Virus record (IMG/VR): IMGVR_UViG_3300049052_000033
Location: 1 to 64,000 of that record
Source: a virus
Lineage: Duplodnaviria > Caudoviricetes
Strand: one strand, 5' to 3'
DNA length: 64,000 bases
This document shows, piece after piece, positions 37,501 to 44,382 of this stretch. The stretch's first letter is position 1. Every line of letters begins with the position of its first letter. Made by a program: the position numbers and the translations under genes. The notes under the pieces were generated by a model. That model was not told the DNA's origin, did no database searches, and was given only the letters and a program-made list of their open reading frames with translations.

Positions 37501-38799
37501 TGGGCCGCTGACGAAGGTATCGTGGCGCCGCAGGAAGTGCACTACCTGCAGGCGCAAGCGGCCGGCAAGGGGGCTTTGCAATCGGGCGATGGCACACGGG
37601 TCGGCAACGCCCGCGCGCAGCTGAACAACGCCTTGGCCAAGGTCCAGCTGGGCTGGGGCAAGTTGTTCGCCATGGCGGAGGAAGCCAACCGCCGGATCAC
37701 CTTCATTGCGGCCTACCGCACGGCCATCGAGGAAGGCAAGTCCGACCCGGCCCGCTTCGCCGAAGAAGTCGTGACGCAGACACAAGGTACCTACAACAGC
37801 GGCAACCGACCGAAGTGGGCGCGCAACCCGGTCGGTGGCGTCCTGATGACGTTCAAGCAGTACTCCATCGGCTATCTGGAGCTGTTGACACGCATGGCTT
37901 TCGCCGGCCCACCAGGTTCGCCCGAGCGTGCCGCCGGCCGCCGCGCGGCGCTGTACATGGTCGCCGTGCTGTTCCTGATGGCGGGCGCCGATGGACTGCC
38001 GTTCGAACAGGACCTGGAAGACGCCTTGGACGGCGTCATGCAGTGCCTCGGCTACAACTTCTCCACCAAGCGCGCCAAGCAAGAATTCCTGACCGGCGTG
38101 CTGGGCGCGGGCGGCGCCGACTTCGTGCTGAAAGGCGTGTCGAGCATGCCGGGCATGCCGATCGACGTGGCAGGGCGCTTCGGCATGGGCAACTTGATTC
38201 CCGGTACCGGCCTGTTGACGAAGAAAGATTCGTACACGCAGGACCTGGGCGAGCTGGTCGGCCCGGCGGGTGACGTGGCCAAGCGCACGTTCGCCGCCGC
38301 AGGCAAGCTCCTGGGCGGTGACGTCGCCGGCGCGGCGCTGGACATGTCGCCGGCAGCCGTGCGCAACGCCGTCAAGGGTGCCGACATGCTGTCGACCGGT
38401 CATTACTCGGACGGGCGTGGCTACAAGGTCAACGACACCACCCCGATCGAAGGCGTGCTGAAGATCGTCGGCTTCCAGCCAAACAGCACCGCGAATATCC
38501 AGGATGCGAAGGGGCAGGCGCTCGACATGATTAGCCAGACCCGGATGCGCTCCAAGGAGATTCAGGAGCACTGGGCGCAGGGTATTCTGGAAGGCGACGC
38601 CAGCACCATCGCCGAGGCCCGGGCGTGGCGCGACGACTGGAACGCCAAGAACCCGGAAGCGCCGGTGCGCGTGAATATGGCGGCGATCGCCAAGCGGGTG
38701 CGCAACATGCGTCAGGACGTGATGAACCGCACGCAGAAGACGGCGCCGGCCGCGCTGAAGGCGGCCGTGCGCAGCGAACTGTCCGAAACACGCGGATAA
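28543..38799 (+). CDS. Giant polyvalent internal virion protein (3418 aa; InPase-like, C5-MTase-like, two zincin, ART-like and PLxRFG domains)
   Basis: AQKEAGNYKVGH...HYGYIKGT.GAD.DHIDV (InPase-like, ~30770-31170); LSLFDLSG...ATPC...IENPV (MTase-like, ~31900-32510); HETLH (34255) and HELFH (34951); NFRAWFGDSKVVD..GEPLVVYHGT (ART-like, ~35440-35880); GYAPLSRFG (~36770). Confidence 0.9.
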   Translation: MNLNEARQRIPALANLNDQDAIDVLQQHYYPDIDKAQLAQALGVQTPQVDPPQAGVLRTAGDMGIKVAQGVVGLGQAAVGLGSLATGGLVGKGARALGYDPQRTKEILGEYLSDSQKASDAKVANADGFVDTIAASLSNPRALFGSVAESAPGMLGGMGVARAAAGKIAARAALAPTEGAAASAAELAAGRSAASAAQAALRTKAGAQAATDAVEAAGTRLMVTGSAVEGAQTAGQIADDAQAAGRSYGEYALPALAAGVGTAAIGVGAGKFMGDSATQLATGARSTGVRGSLPARIAKEALSEGVLEEMPQSAQEQVWTNAAMGEADLSKGVGNAAGAGLITGAAMGGGLGVLQGEAHHAPTPAPVQLPNTGPLSQAANAGQAATAAKAQANATVPQAPSPAQPSLQEIDDRMAALVAIGSGSLARKERDAAGNLVTIPAVAGRRLTTDEIAEYNRLKQLRTERTTLTPAQQAEFNQLLAAEQEQHNAKHAAAMAAAAEQRNKAEDAELASLMAQDERARQQAEAQQLADAIAASDARVAAGDARRAADKRADLRTGIINDAGIAVADRKQAFADRLRQEGYHSTALTDDDHADFDQAAAPLSSAPNELQDAVPERVAPPVATADTPNLRAVDDAIAAGMRLKTANGKVLHKPGSSKIFRLNSAQLAYYQEAINRPAVAQQAPAPSTAVPTVEPVSPAPEQTAASPMLANAPPIAPASDDGFDAAAHAAATSPHNDLPEPTPAQKEAGNYKVGHVRLHGLDLSIENPVGSVRRGVDRDGQAWESTMQHHYGYIKGTVGADKDHIDVFVGPNRDSDKAFVVDQVHPDSGKFDEHKIMLGFDSVEAARAGYQANYDASWTGGRNISETSIAGLKDWLASGKTRKPFTKLPSAAPAAEPMVAVTPPVSRQALNHLTVADMNDDQLLQARSVFAGHAREPKILRELVRRGLDASAAAPGAPAPAAVTQTDSATTSVEPDASGKLANATAPEHVQTGVDDRELGEIVAEFNEAQAEMMEGDHVVSNIFQPPAKRDIVRLADKAKGKLWNPVEVKAYNKDLAARDELEKEGQPVPAELAKRIRDFEAVYLPHVAKLQAEAQAEIGAWKAHAQAQGLDPETRRANGRKIVLSLFDLSGEWSKPWLEAGYQVYRFDIQDDPEVGDVNNFSSEFFSDWFGDFDGLDIYAILAATPCTDFAVSGARHFAAKDKDGRTVASVKLVHQTMRTIEYFKPVIWGIENPVGRIESLGGLPPWRLAFDPNHLGDSYTKKTLIWGRFNADLPVAPVEATEGSKMHKQYGGKSMATKNARSVTPEGFSYGFFMANNAVDHPVMAVANTFDRLDRDAIAEAMRAGVTEEEIRDAVQDLYYMDLDDDAANDAIRALTREHATEPDPDPSPTQPRGKQDDTVSAPDATLADKAGPAGDDAVATAARDDALQFSRRRIDTDDQLVNIYSQIAQDDAAFRLPDSQGKTLAAVVGDMAPGIVVDGDVEIDLTTADGPNADRVWRLRRGDGAGGDALVFRNTRNKQVWLNISNWKEGRSGHRIYQAIATWAHNTGQVFIGDPDGLSDKALYRRTEQMLSSALRHGTTEHLAPHARQVEDTRTHTGTPVRPIHWREGNDARNLRELLVSSYTNISAIFPEIERVHYNFATGQFERLPASVRAPEHDVLAHAAAGGERAAEEGVGRGSDRGAAGHGIARADEADGQFARVDAVPFTDEDFAALVREVRTAYEQFYPSSRGAYTPPVGVSDLKRAALTGTVLRAEGSDAGRTVLDHVAERLLQRVSIPLESLLYSRDAAYFRHDDAFAPPAIEQGDTVGDTPPAALAGHEYVQALKDTEQLNRRLAGEGMAPVKALRQAPTTQFAMARQIGKALGIRVQFVSGNGDFEGVATGGVAYLANDMRQPALAIAGHETLHALEQSNPALGERLRAQIRSYLKEGVVDDRQAREYAASGFQEVTERQAESEVLADINGAMWLDPGFWAALAKADRSLFRTVAYKFMEVATSLLASLRRGRFDVTQLVSDVDAVRNIMVATWAEHTRSRDALTQDTARRAVPVYAPALDGLVAPEQQLSTDALHQLADAVVAPLAHPPQIFVLDGPEFLDRHLVGAGEAPVSAGATIGGKIYLFRNGISSRDSAAATIWHELFHYGLRKLMTPDNYVSAMSKLYNIDPQVKAYADRWKATEDAATRHRSGVSVTDMHVLAVEEALAVMAEEQRNGKPVGTRYATESHIGRMLLWMVNTARSMGLDRVAEALRKLTRAQGQVFVESIFDRIAAGEREVEGAMASLDGRSINFRAADGARPATDSDNFRAWFGDSKVVDKDGEPLVVYHGTTRDFSTFDIGEPFGDKEAGAFFTADPGAASAYAHKEGGRVMPAFLRIEHPYVTTVEDWESGAASSVDAIKHEGRHDGYQVKGWSDAGDMWIAFEPEQIKSAIGNDGSFDGENPDIAFSRAGLAAALGKAAGNIENVRLPAGYLLGDLFNRSGKISWWHKSIGTMDNLARRQPLFAPVYRAVQGFLGDVSRYAVVAANKAPTLLPKLEKVADILGKDRKKPLTAEDTKAISAPIFEGTLVWARDAHGKPVKLAELEAWADGLTTAQKADILLQKGIIDDETNQAWLHSPLDHYDESINRRFTTTQLQAGVVWSDAELRELFQLDDRRIGLYREFRAALDQSLTNLTISEMVKLGGKDAEGTLDYAMAQPDLRGAAHYLRDHFVALAKLHPEKADWHLDTARQIMDLADRGQDLMDRGYAPLSRFGKHTVYVQQGGDQVYFGMFETPYEAARMARQMESEHPGADVSQGTVSEDAYKLFAGIAPETIELFGSMVGLDSQGDSAGSEVYQSYLKLAKNNRSAMKRMIERKGIAGFSEDAGRVLASFIYSNARLTSGNANLGKIDEAITTIPKQEGELTDAAMQLRETIRNSEGGNRLGGLMFAQFLGGSVASALVNLTQPVTMTLPYLSQYGGIGKAGQRLAGAIRDAGKRSTGDARLDAALQWAADEGIVAPQEVHYLQAQAAGKGALQSGDGTRVGNARAQLNNALAKVQLGWGKLFAMAEEANRRITFIAAYRTAIEEGKSDPARFAEEVVTQTQGTYNSGNRPKWARNPVGGVLMTFKQYSIGYLELLTRMAFAGPPGSPERAAGRRAALYMVAVLFLMAGADGLPFEQDLEDALDGVMQCLGYNFSTKRAKQEFLTGVLGAGGADFVLKGVSSMPGMPIDVAGRFGMGNLIPGTGLLTKKDSYTQDLGELVGPAGDVAKRTFAAAGKLLGGDVAGAALDMSPAAVRNAVKGADMLSTGHYSDGRGYKVNDTTPIEGVLKIVGFQPNSTANIQDAKGQALDMISQTRMRSKEIQEHWAQGILEGDASTIAEARAWRDDWNAKNPEAPVRVNMAAIAKRVRNMRQDVMNRTQKTAPAALKAAVRSELSETRG
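33524..33877 (+). CDS. Candidate nested (+1 frame) 117-aa gene inside the giant gene
   Basis: Third-position G/C bias moves from the main frame to the +1 frame over this stretch; weak RBS. Confidence 0.4.
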   Translation: MYWLTLPLAENALLKKGWDAEAIEALPDTELLALMKQTGSSHEWMQFLSPTRISQLLSGKFEQLMNSSTHPPEELTRHRLACLILRERHLPAPFYAQKEATQGERFWITLQSGCYNE

Positions 38800-38802
38800 G
38801 GC

Positions 38803-38827
38803 AAAGGCCCCTCGCGGGGCCTTTTTT
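38803..38827. terminator. Bidirectional terminator between the late and early arms
   Basis: AAAGGCCCC-TCGC-GGGGCCTTTTTT between convergent genes. Confidence 0.85.
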
Positions 38828-39527
38828 ACAGCAGCAGCAGCGCCTGCTGCGCGGTACCGGCGACCGCCGTGTGCACCCTGGCGTCGCTGCCTCGCCGGTA
38901 ACCATGGTGGCGGTGCAAGTTGGGCGAATGCCGTTCAGGCAGGTCGCGTTCGGACGGTTTCAGGACGCCCAGCTGGGCATGGTGGGTCAGCATGTAGGCC
39001 TGGACCGCCGTCATATCGTGCGCCGGCGGCGGCCCTGCATTGAGCAATCGGTATACCGCCAGCACCCAGCCATCGCAGAAGGCGTCCGCTGCGGCCAGCT
39101 TGTTCTTGCGGTAGCGCTTGAGCTTGGTGGCGCTGTATTCGGCACGGCCCTTGGCCAGCTGGCGGCGCAACACCGTGAAGGTATAGGCGGCCACGTCGGC
39201 GCCAGCCCCGGCGCCGACAAAGACCCAGAGCCCTTCGATATCGCGGTTGTCGGCCCGCGGCCGGGTCTTGAACAGGGTGTCGCAGCCGAAGCTCTCCGCG
39301 ACCATGCTGGCCAGCGCGCATTCGTAGCCTGCTGGCCGCCGCTTGGCCTGGCTCCGCACATCCTTTTCGGCCACCCCGGCCGCCAGCAGTTCCGGCTGGT
39401 CGACATTGAAGCGCACCATCAAGGCCCGCGCCTGGCTGAGTGCACGCGCCACTTCCTCGGGGAAGCTGGACCCTTCCGCCCTTGCCAGGCACGCGCGGAT
39501 CTTGCGCAGGGCATCCTTCCTATCCAT
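38826..39527 (-). CDS. DUF2786-family protein
   Basis: DALRKIRACLARAE....EEVARALSQARALM N-terminal motif; FCDGWV. Confidence 0.8.
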   Translation of the reverse strand: MDRKDALRKIRACLARAEGSSFPEEVARALSQARALMVRFNVDQPELLAAGVAEKDVRSQAKRRPAGYECALASMVAESFGCDTLFKTRPRADNRDIEGLWVFVGAGAGADVAAYTFTVLRRQLAKGRAEYSATKLKRYRKNKLAAADAFCDGWVLAVYRLLNAGPPPAHDMTAVQAYMLTHHAQLGVLKPSERDLPERHSPNLHRHHGYRRGSDARVHTAVAGTAQQALLLL

Positions 39528-39888
39528 GCTCTGGCCCTTTCCCTGGCGTCGGTTCTCCGCTGCAGGCAGGGCAGAAGGGATTGCGCCCCTTGCCGGTGCA
39601 CAGCGGGTGGTGGCCCGGCATGGCGCCCGGCACCGTCTTGTCGAGGACGACATGGGCCGTGCATTCCCGGGTGGGGTAGGGCGCTGTCGACGGCGCCGCG
39701 AAGGCTTTTAGGGCAGCCCGGTGCTCGAGCAAAAATTCCTCTATGTCGGCTTCCGCCGATGTGCAGGCGCGGCGATAGGTCTGCAGTGTGTCGGGCATGA
39801 AGCGCCGCGCGTGCATCAAGTCACGTTTCAGCCGGCGCAGCAGGTCGAAGGCTGCCACGGCAAGGTCATGTTGCTGTTGTTCGTTCAT
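39520..39888 (-). CDS. Hypothetical protein with a C-terminal Cys/His cluster
   Basis: GAGGAA RBS; C..H...HPLC...CPAC; overlaps the next start. Confidence 0.55.
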   Translation of the reverse strand: MNEQQQHDLAVAAFDLLRRLKRDLMHARRFMPDTLQTYRRACTSAEADIEEFLLEHRAALKAFAAPSTAPYPTRECTAHVVLDKTVPGAMPGHHPLCTGKGRNPFCPACSGEPTPGKGPEHG

Positions 39889-39907
39889 CCACAATTCCTC
39901 GTCATCT

Positions 39908-40543
39908 TCACGGCGCCACCGCGTCGGGCGGCGAAAAGTCGTAATCGCACGGCGGCAAGGTGCGGCCGGTCGCGCGCTCAAAGCGGTCCACGATGCGGCG
40001 TACCGCGAACCACCCGTAGCAGATGCGGTTCGCCCGTCCATGCCGATCTCGGTGGCAGTGGCACAGAAATGGCACGTCTTCGGTGACGGCTTTCTGCACG
40101 TCGAGCTGGGTCTGGGCGCAACCGTTGGGCACCGTCCCTGCGCGAAACGCGCAGCTCTGGCAGCGCTCATCCTGTTCCCCCTCCCGCATCAGGGTGGCGA
40201 TTTCGGCGTCCGCCAGCCGGGCCATCACGGCGCCGGCCTGCCGGCCTGCTGCGCTGACACGGCGGTGGGCATGCGCCGCCGGCACATGCTGTTCTGCGGG
40301 ACGGGTGCCGGTGGACGCCGCCACCACCACCGCCTGGCCCTTGCTGCCAATCTGAAGGCACAGGCGCGACAGGCCGCCGCTGCCGGGGCCATAGTCGACC
40401 CGCCACTGGTCGCCGGGGTCGGTTTCGCCGGATAGAAAGACCACTGTCCCCGTTTCGCCGGTCGGATGGCGAAGCGTGTCGCCGGCATGGATTGGAGAGC
40501 CCGCGTAGTCGGGCCAGGGCGCATGCACCCGCACGCCCGCCAT
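39908..40543 (-). CDS. Hypothetical protein with a Cys-rich C-terminal domain
   Basis: TAATG coupling, GGAGG RBS; CQSCAF...FLCHCH...ICYGW. Confidence 0.6.
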   Translation of the reverse strand: MAGVRVHAPWPDYAGSPIHAGDTLRHPTGETGTVVFLSGETDPGDQWRVDYGPGSGGLSRLCLQIGSKGQAVVVAASTGTRPAEQHVPAAHAHRRVSAAGRQAGAVMARLADAEIATLMREGEQDERCQSCAFRAGTVPNGCAQTQLDVQKAVTEDVPFLCHCHRDRHGRANRICYGWFAVRRIVDRFERATGRTLPPCDYDFSPPDAVAP

Positions 40544-41658
40544 TATGCCGCCTCCCGTGTATCGACTGCGATCACCTGGTTGCCATCGCCATCCCAGCCT
40601 CGCACTTCGTCGGCCGTGAACTTGCCGGCCTGCGACTGGTCGGGCGTATAGCCCCTGAAGCCGGCCTTGTGGTACAAACGGCACTCCGTGTTCCACACCA
40701 CGTACAGCGCCAGACGGCCCGGGAACAGAATGTCGCGTAGGACCGCCGCACGTTCGAAGTTCATCGCTGTGACGGCCGCGTGTAATTCGCCCTCCAGCGA
40801 ACGGCGGCGGGCCTCGCTGTTACGCTTCAATCGCACCCGGTCAGGGCAGCGCGTAAGCAGCTCAAAGCTGGCAAGATTGCGAACGTCGTAGCGTCCCGTG
40901 ATGACCCACCACATATTGTTGATGTTGTAGAAAGTGGTGCCCCGACACAGGCGCCCCTTGCGGTCGTAATACCAGACCACCGCGCCATGCCGCACCGTGC
41001 CGTCATCGGCCGACCGGTTGTTGTAGCTTTGTTCCTCGCCGCTACGACGCCCCAGCCCACTTTTGTGATGCCAGCACGCACGGCTGTCAGCCTGCACCCA
41101 TTCCAGCGCCGTCAAGCCATCGGGTCCACAGTGGCGGGTCGAAGGAGAAAAGGCGTAGCCCGTGAAGACGTTACACAGGTAATTGCGGATACGGCGTCGG
41201 GTGCGCTCCATTTCCAGCCGCAGCAGGTACGGCATGACCGCCTCCTTGTTTGGCTCGTGCTTGCCGCCATGGTCCGGACGGTTGGGCGTGTGCACCGACT
41301 GCCACATGTCGAAACTGATGCAGCGGCCAGAAATGTGCAGTTCGCCAAACAGATCCCCTTTCCGGCAGTTGCGGCGACTTTCCGATGCCCAGCGGGCCAC
41401 ATCGCCACCGTAATGCTTGATATCGTGGTCGCTAACCGGTGGCAGTGCACACTGCCAGCCCAGCCGATTCAGGGTCTGCACGACACGCGCAAAGACGTCC
41501 CGCTTGAACTGGCGGGACCATGCTTTTTCGGCTGGATAGCCGCCGGCGGCACGCGCCCCGGCAATGCCATCTTCCCAGATACCCAGGCCGGCGTCACCGA
41601 AGCGGATCTCCCCGGCACGGGTAATGCGTCCAATCGTCTTCATGCTGCCATCCTCCAT
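40543..41658 (-). CDS. Hypothetical phage protein with a UVR-like motif
   Basis: Long ORF with typical codon usage; LEGELHAAVTAMNFERAAVLRDIL; start may be 41643. Confidence 0.7.
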   Translation of the reverse strand: MEDGSMKTIGRITRAGEIRFGDAGLGIWEDGIAGARAAGGYPAEKAWSRQFKRDVFARVVQTLNRLGWQCALPPVSDHDIKHYGGDVARWASESRRNCRKGDLFGELHISGRCISFDMWQSVHTPNRPDHGGKHEPNKEAVMPYLLRLEMERTRRRIRNYLCNVFTGYAFSPSTRHCGPDGLTALEWVQADSRACWHHKSGLGRRSGEEQSYNNRSADDGTVRHGAVVWYYDRKGRLCRGTTFYNINNMWWVITGRYDVRNLASFELLTRCPDRVRLKRNSEARRRSLEGELHAAVTAMNFERAAVLRDILFPGRLALYVVWNTECRLYHKAGFRGYTPDQSQAGKFTADEVRGWDGDGNQVIAVDTREAA

Positions 41659-43190
41659 ACTCGTTCATGGCGGAAGTTCGCTTCGATCAGCGCGCGGGCC
41701 ACCGGTGGGCACACAGAATTGCCGATCATGCGAATCTGTTCCGCGTTGGTCAATGTCTTGCCGTTGTAAATCGCTTCCAGCACATAGCTTTCCGGGAAGC
41801 CTTGCGCGCGCGCCAGCTCGCGTGGCGTCAGCATGCGCATGCCGATATCGACAATCGCGTAAGGCTCGCCGCGCACCATCACCAGGGCAATACGGTCCTT
41901 GGTCGGGATGGTGTGCATCGGGTCGTCCAGCGACTGGTCCTGCCCGCCCGTGCTGTAGTACTTGATCAGGAAGGCGCGCACTTCCGCGTGGTGGTTGCCG
42001 CCGGCGCTGACGGTATGGAGCGGTTCGGCCACGTCGGCCGCCACGCTGGTGCCGCGCAGCTTGATCATGGTGCTGGCCACCATGGCGTCGTCGTTGGCGG
42101 CCTGCGCATCGGTCGGCCACGGCGCATCCGGCCCGATTTCCCGCCCGTTGTACTTCATCAGCATGGCCGAGACCAGGGCGAAGTGGCCGCCCTTGACTTC
42201 GGCGCACTGGGTGCGCAGCGGTTCGTTGATATCGAACACGCGCTGGGTCGAACCATTGGCGTGCTCCGTGAGGAACGGTGCGGCGTCGCCCGGCACGATG
42301 AACGGTTCCGGGTTGTCGATGATGTACTTCATGACGCCCTTGGCGATGCGCGCCATGGTCTTGTCCGCCAGCGGCTTGGTGCGGTTGAAGATGCTGCGCA
42401 CCGGGATGGACCAGTCGATGCATTCGGCTGCCGTGCGGTAGGGCAACAGACCGCTGCGGTCGAAACCGCGCGCCTTCGGATCGCCGTGAGTGGGTGACGG
42501 CCAGCGGATCGGCTTGCCATCGCGGCGCGCGAACATGAACAGGCGTCTGCGAATGGTCGGCGTCCCGTAGTCGCAGGCGTACAAAATGCGCCATTCGACC
42601 TTGTAGCCCAGGCCCTGATACAGGCGTTCCATCGGGAAGTCGCTGCCCAGGGCTTCGTAGATTTCGGGCACGTCCGGATGGTCGCGGTCGACGCCGGTGG
42701 TCAGTGCGGCGATGAACGCGTCGAAGGTGCGGCCTTTTTCCGACTTGATGACGCGGCCCTCGTCGTCCAGAGGGCCCCATTCGCGGAATTCTTCCACGTT
42801 TTCAAGCCCAATGCAGCGCGGCGCCTGGAACGCGCCCCATTTCAGCGTGACCCAAGCGAGGCCGCGAATACCCTTTTCGCGCGGCTTGCCGCCCTTGGCC
42901 TTGCTGTGGTGCTTGCAGTCCGGACTGAACCACGCCAGTCCGATCGGGCGCTGGCCAGTGACAAGCCCCGGGTGGACGTCGAACACGTCTTCCCGGTAGT
43001 GGCGCGTGGTAGGGTGGTTGGCCGCATGCATGGCCAAGGCAGGACCATCGTGATTGATCGCGATATCAGGCTGGCGCCCCAGTGCCTGGTAGATGCCTTC
43101 AGAGGCGCCACCGCCGCCGGCGAAGTTGTCGATGACCAGTTCATGGCCCAGATCCAGCATCATCTGGATCAGCGCGTCCTCCCGTTTCAT
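41640..43190 (-). CDS. DNA cytosine-5 methyltransferase
   Basis: NFAGGGG (motif I), FSPDC (IV), LENVEEF (VI), TIRRRLF (VIII), RELARAQGFP (IX), IGNSV (X). Confidence 0.93.
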   Translation of the reverse strand: MKREDALIQMMLDLGHELVIDNFAGGGGASEGIYQALGRQPDIAINHDGPALAMHAANHPTTRHYREDVFDVHPGLVTGQRPIGLAWFSPDCKHHSKAKGGKPREKGIRGLAWVTLKWGAFQAPRCIGLENVEEFREWGPLDDEGRVIKSEKGRTFDAFIAALTTGVDRDHPDVPEIYEALGSDFPMERLYQGLGYKVEWRILYACDYGTPTIRRRLFMFARRDGKPIRWPSPTHGDPKARGFDRSGLLPYRTAAECIDWSIPVRSIFNRTKPLADKTMARIAKGVMKYIIDNPEPFIVPGDAAPFLTEHANGSTQRVFDINEPLRTQCAEVKGGHFALVSAMLMKYNGREIGPDAPWPTDAQAANDDAMVASTMIKLRGTSVAADVAEPLHTVSAGGNHHAEVRAFLIKYYSTGGQDQSLDDPMHTIPTKDRIALVMVRGEPYAIVDIGMRMLTPRELARAQGFPESYVLEAIYNGKTLTNAEQIRMIGNSVCPPVARALIEANFRHERVWRMAA

Positions 43191-43867
43191 GCAGCCTCCC
43201 GGGTAGCGCGGGTGTGCGTGGACAACGAGGCAAGGCGCTTGAACGTGATGACCCAGACCCATGGATTGCTCAACCAGCTACCGCCGGTCGAGTCCCACAG
43301 GTCGGCGAAGCGCTGGCGCGGCGTACTGCTGGTGAACGGCCGGCCGTCCGGCAGGGTCATGGCGGTGCCTTCGGCGACGATATCGGCGTCGCTGATGGCC
43401 TGCAGGCGTTCCACGCGCACGTCGACAATCTCCAGTTCCAGGCGGCAGGCCCAGCGCGGCATGTGGATGCTGGGCCGCCAGCCTTGGCGCAGGTTCTCGT
43501 CGGAGTCGAGGTACTCCGGTGTCGGGCCACCGTCGGCCGCGTACTCGCAGTAAGCCGGCTGCTGGTAAGGCGCCGGGTTGCGCCACAGGCGTGGCGCCTC
43601 GTCGCTGCTGACCAGCGGCCCCTGCCATGTCTCGCGCACCCAGATGCGGTCGCCCGGGCCACCGTATGGGCAGTGCTGGCCTTTTTGTTTCAGCAGCTGC
43701 AGCAGCACGGCGGGATCGCCATCCCACGGCACCATGCGCGCACCCTGCACCATCATCGGGGGCGGGTCAATCAGGCGGCGCGTCATGGTCTTGGTATCGG
43801 CGAAGATGGCGCGCACTAGTGGCCCCTTGAACAGCAGCGGGGAGTATTTCGGGTTACCGGCGCTCAT
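43187..43867 (-). CDS. ASCH/PUA-like domain phage protein
   Basis: KTMTRR, CPYG.PGDRIWVRETW, WRPSIHMPRWACR, VRVERLQAIS, NPWVWVITF motifs. Confidence 0.8.
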   Translation of the reverse strand: MSAGNPKYSPLLFKGPLVRAIFADTKTMTRRLIDPPPMMVQGARMVPWDGDPAVLLQLLKQKGQHCPYGGPGDRIWVRETWQGPLVSSDEAPRLWRNPAPYQQPAYCEYAADGGPTPEYLDSDENLRQGWRPSIHMPRWACRLELEIVDVRVERLQAISDADIVAEGTAMTLPDGRPFTSSTPRQRFADLWDSTGGSWLSNPWVWVITFKRLASLSTHTRATREAA

Positions 43868-44235
43868 TGGGGCGCCTGGTCCTTGCCAGCGACCTGGTAG
43901 TGGTCCAGCTGGCCAGCATCTTTCAGGCGCTGCGCCCACAATGGCGCGCGTCCGCGTCCGGTCCACGTTTCGTTCGTGTTGTCCGGGTTGAAGTAGCGCG
44001 GCGCCACTTTGGTGACGGTCTTGGCCGGCTTTTCTTTGGCCAGCAATTCTTCCACGCTCATATCGACGCTGGCGGCAATACGGAATATCTCCGCCCGCGC
44101 CAGCTCCCTGCGTTCCTTGTCGCGTTTCTGGGCCAAGTGGCTAAAGGCGCCAGCCAGCTGTAAAAATTCCTCCACGGTCAGAATCTCCGCGCGGTCGAGA
44201 ATGTCTTGTACTGCCTTGCTAATCGGGTGAATCAT
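43864..44235 (-). CDS. hns: H-NS family DNA-binding protein
   Basis: RYFNP...ETWTGRGRAPLW C-terminal H-NS motif; helical N-terminal oligomerisation region. Confidence 0.9.
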   Translation of the reverse strand: MIHPISKAVQDILDRAEILTVEEFLQLAGAFSHLAQKRDKERRELARAEIFRIAASVDMSVEELLAKEKPAKTVTKVAPRYFNPDNTNETWTGRGRAPLWAQRLKDAGQLDHYQVAGKDQAPQ

Positions 44236-44263
44236 CCAGTCTCTCCAATCTGTTTAAAGTGCG

Positions 44264-44305
44264 TTACAACAATTTATTGTAAGCGATTTAAATAAATAAT
44301 TGAAG
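44264..44305 (-). promoter_or_regulatory. Sigma70 promoter overlapped by CI-type operators
   Basis: Minus-strand TTCAAT-N17-TACAAT; operator TTACAAC-AATTT-ATTGTAA (44264-44282) plus a half-conserved copy at 44287-44305. Confidence 0.7.
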
Positions 44306-44382
44306 TTTTTTAAAGCAGTCTGGACGGCGGCTTTAAAGCCACGTCAGAATGGCGGGGCAGGGTCATTCAACAGGAAAGCGAT

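Noticed and set aside
28543-38799. Giant protein as an N4-like virion RNA polymerase (suggested by size and the N4-type capsid)
   Set aside because: No recognisable single-subunit RNAP motifs; the visible motifs are polyvalent-protein modules and PLxRFG.
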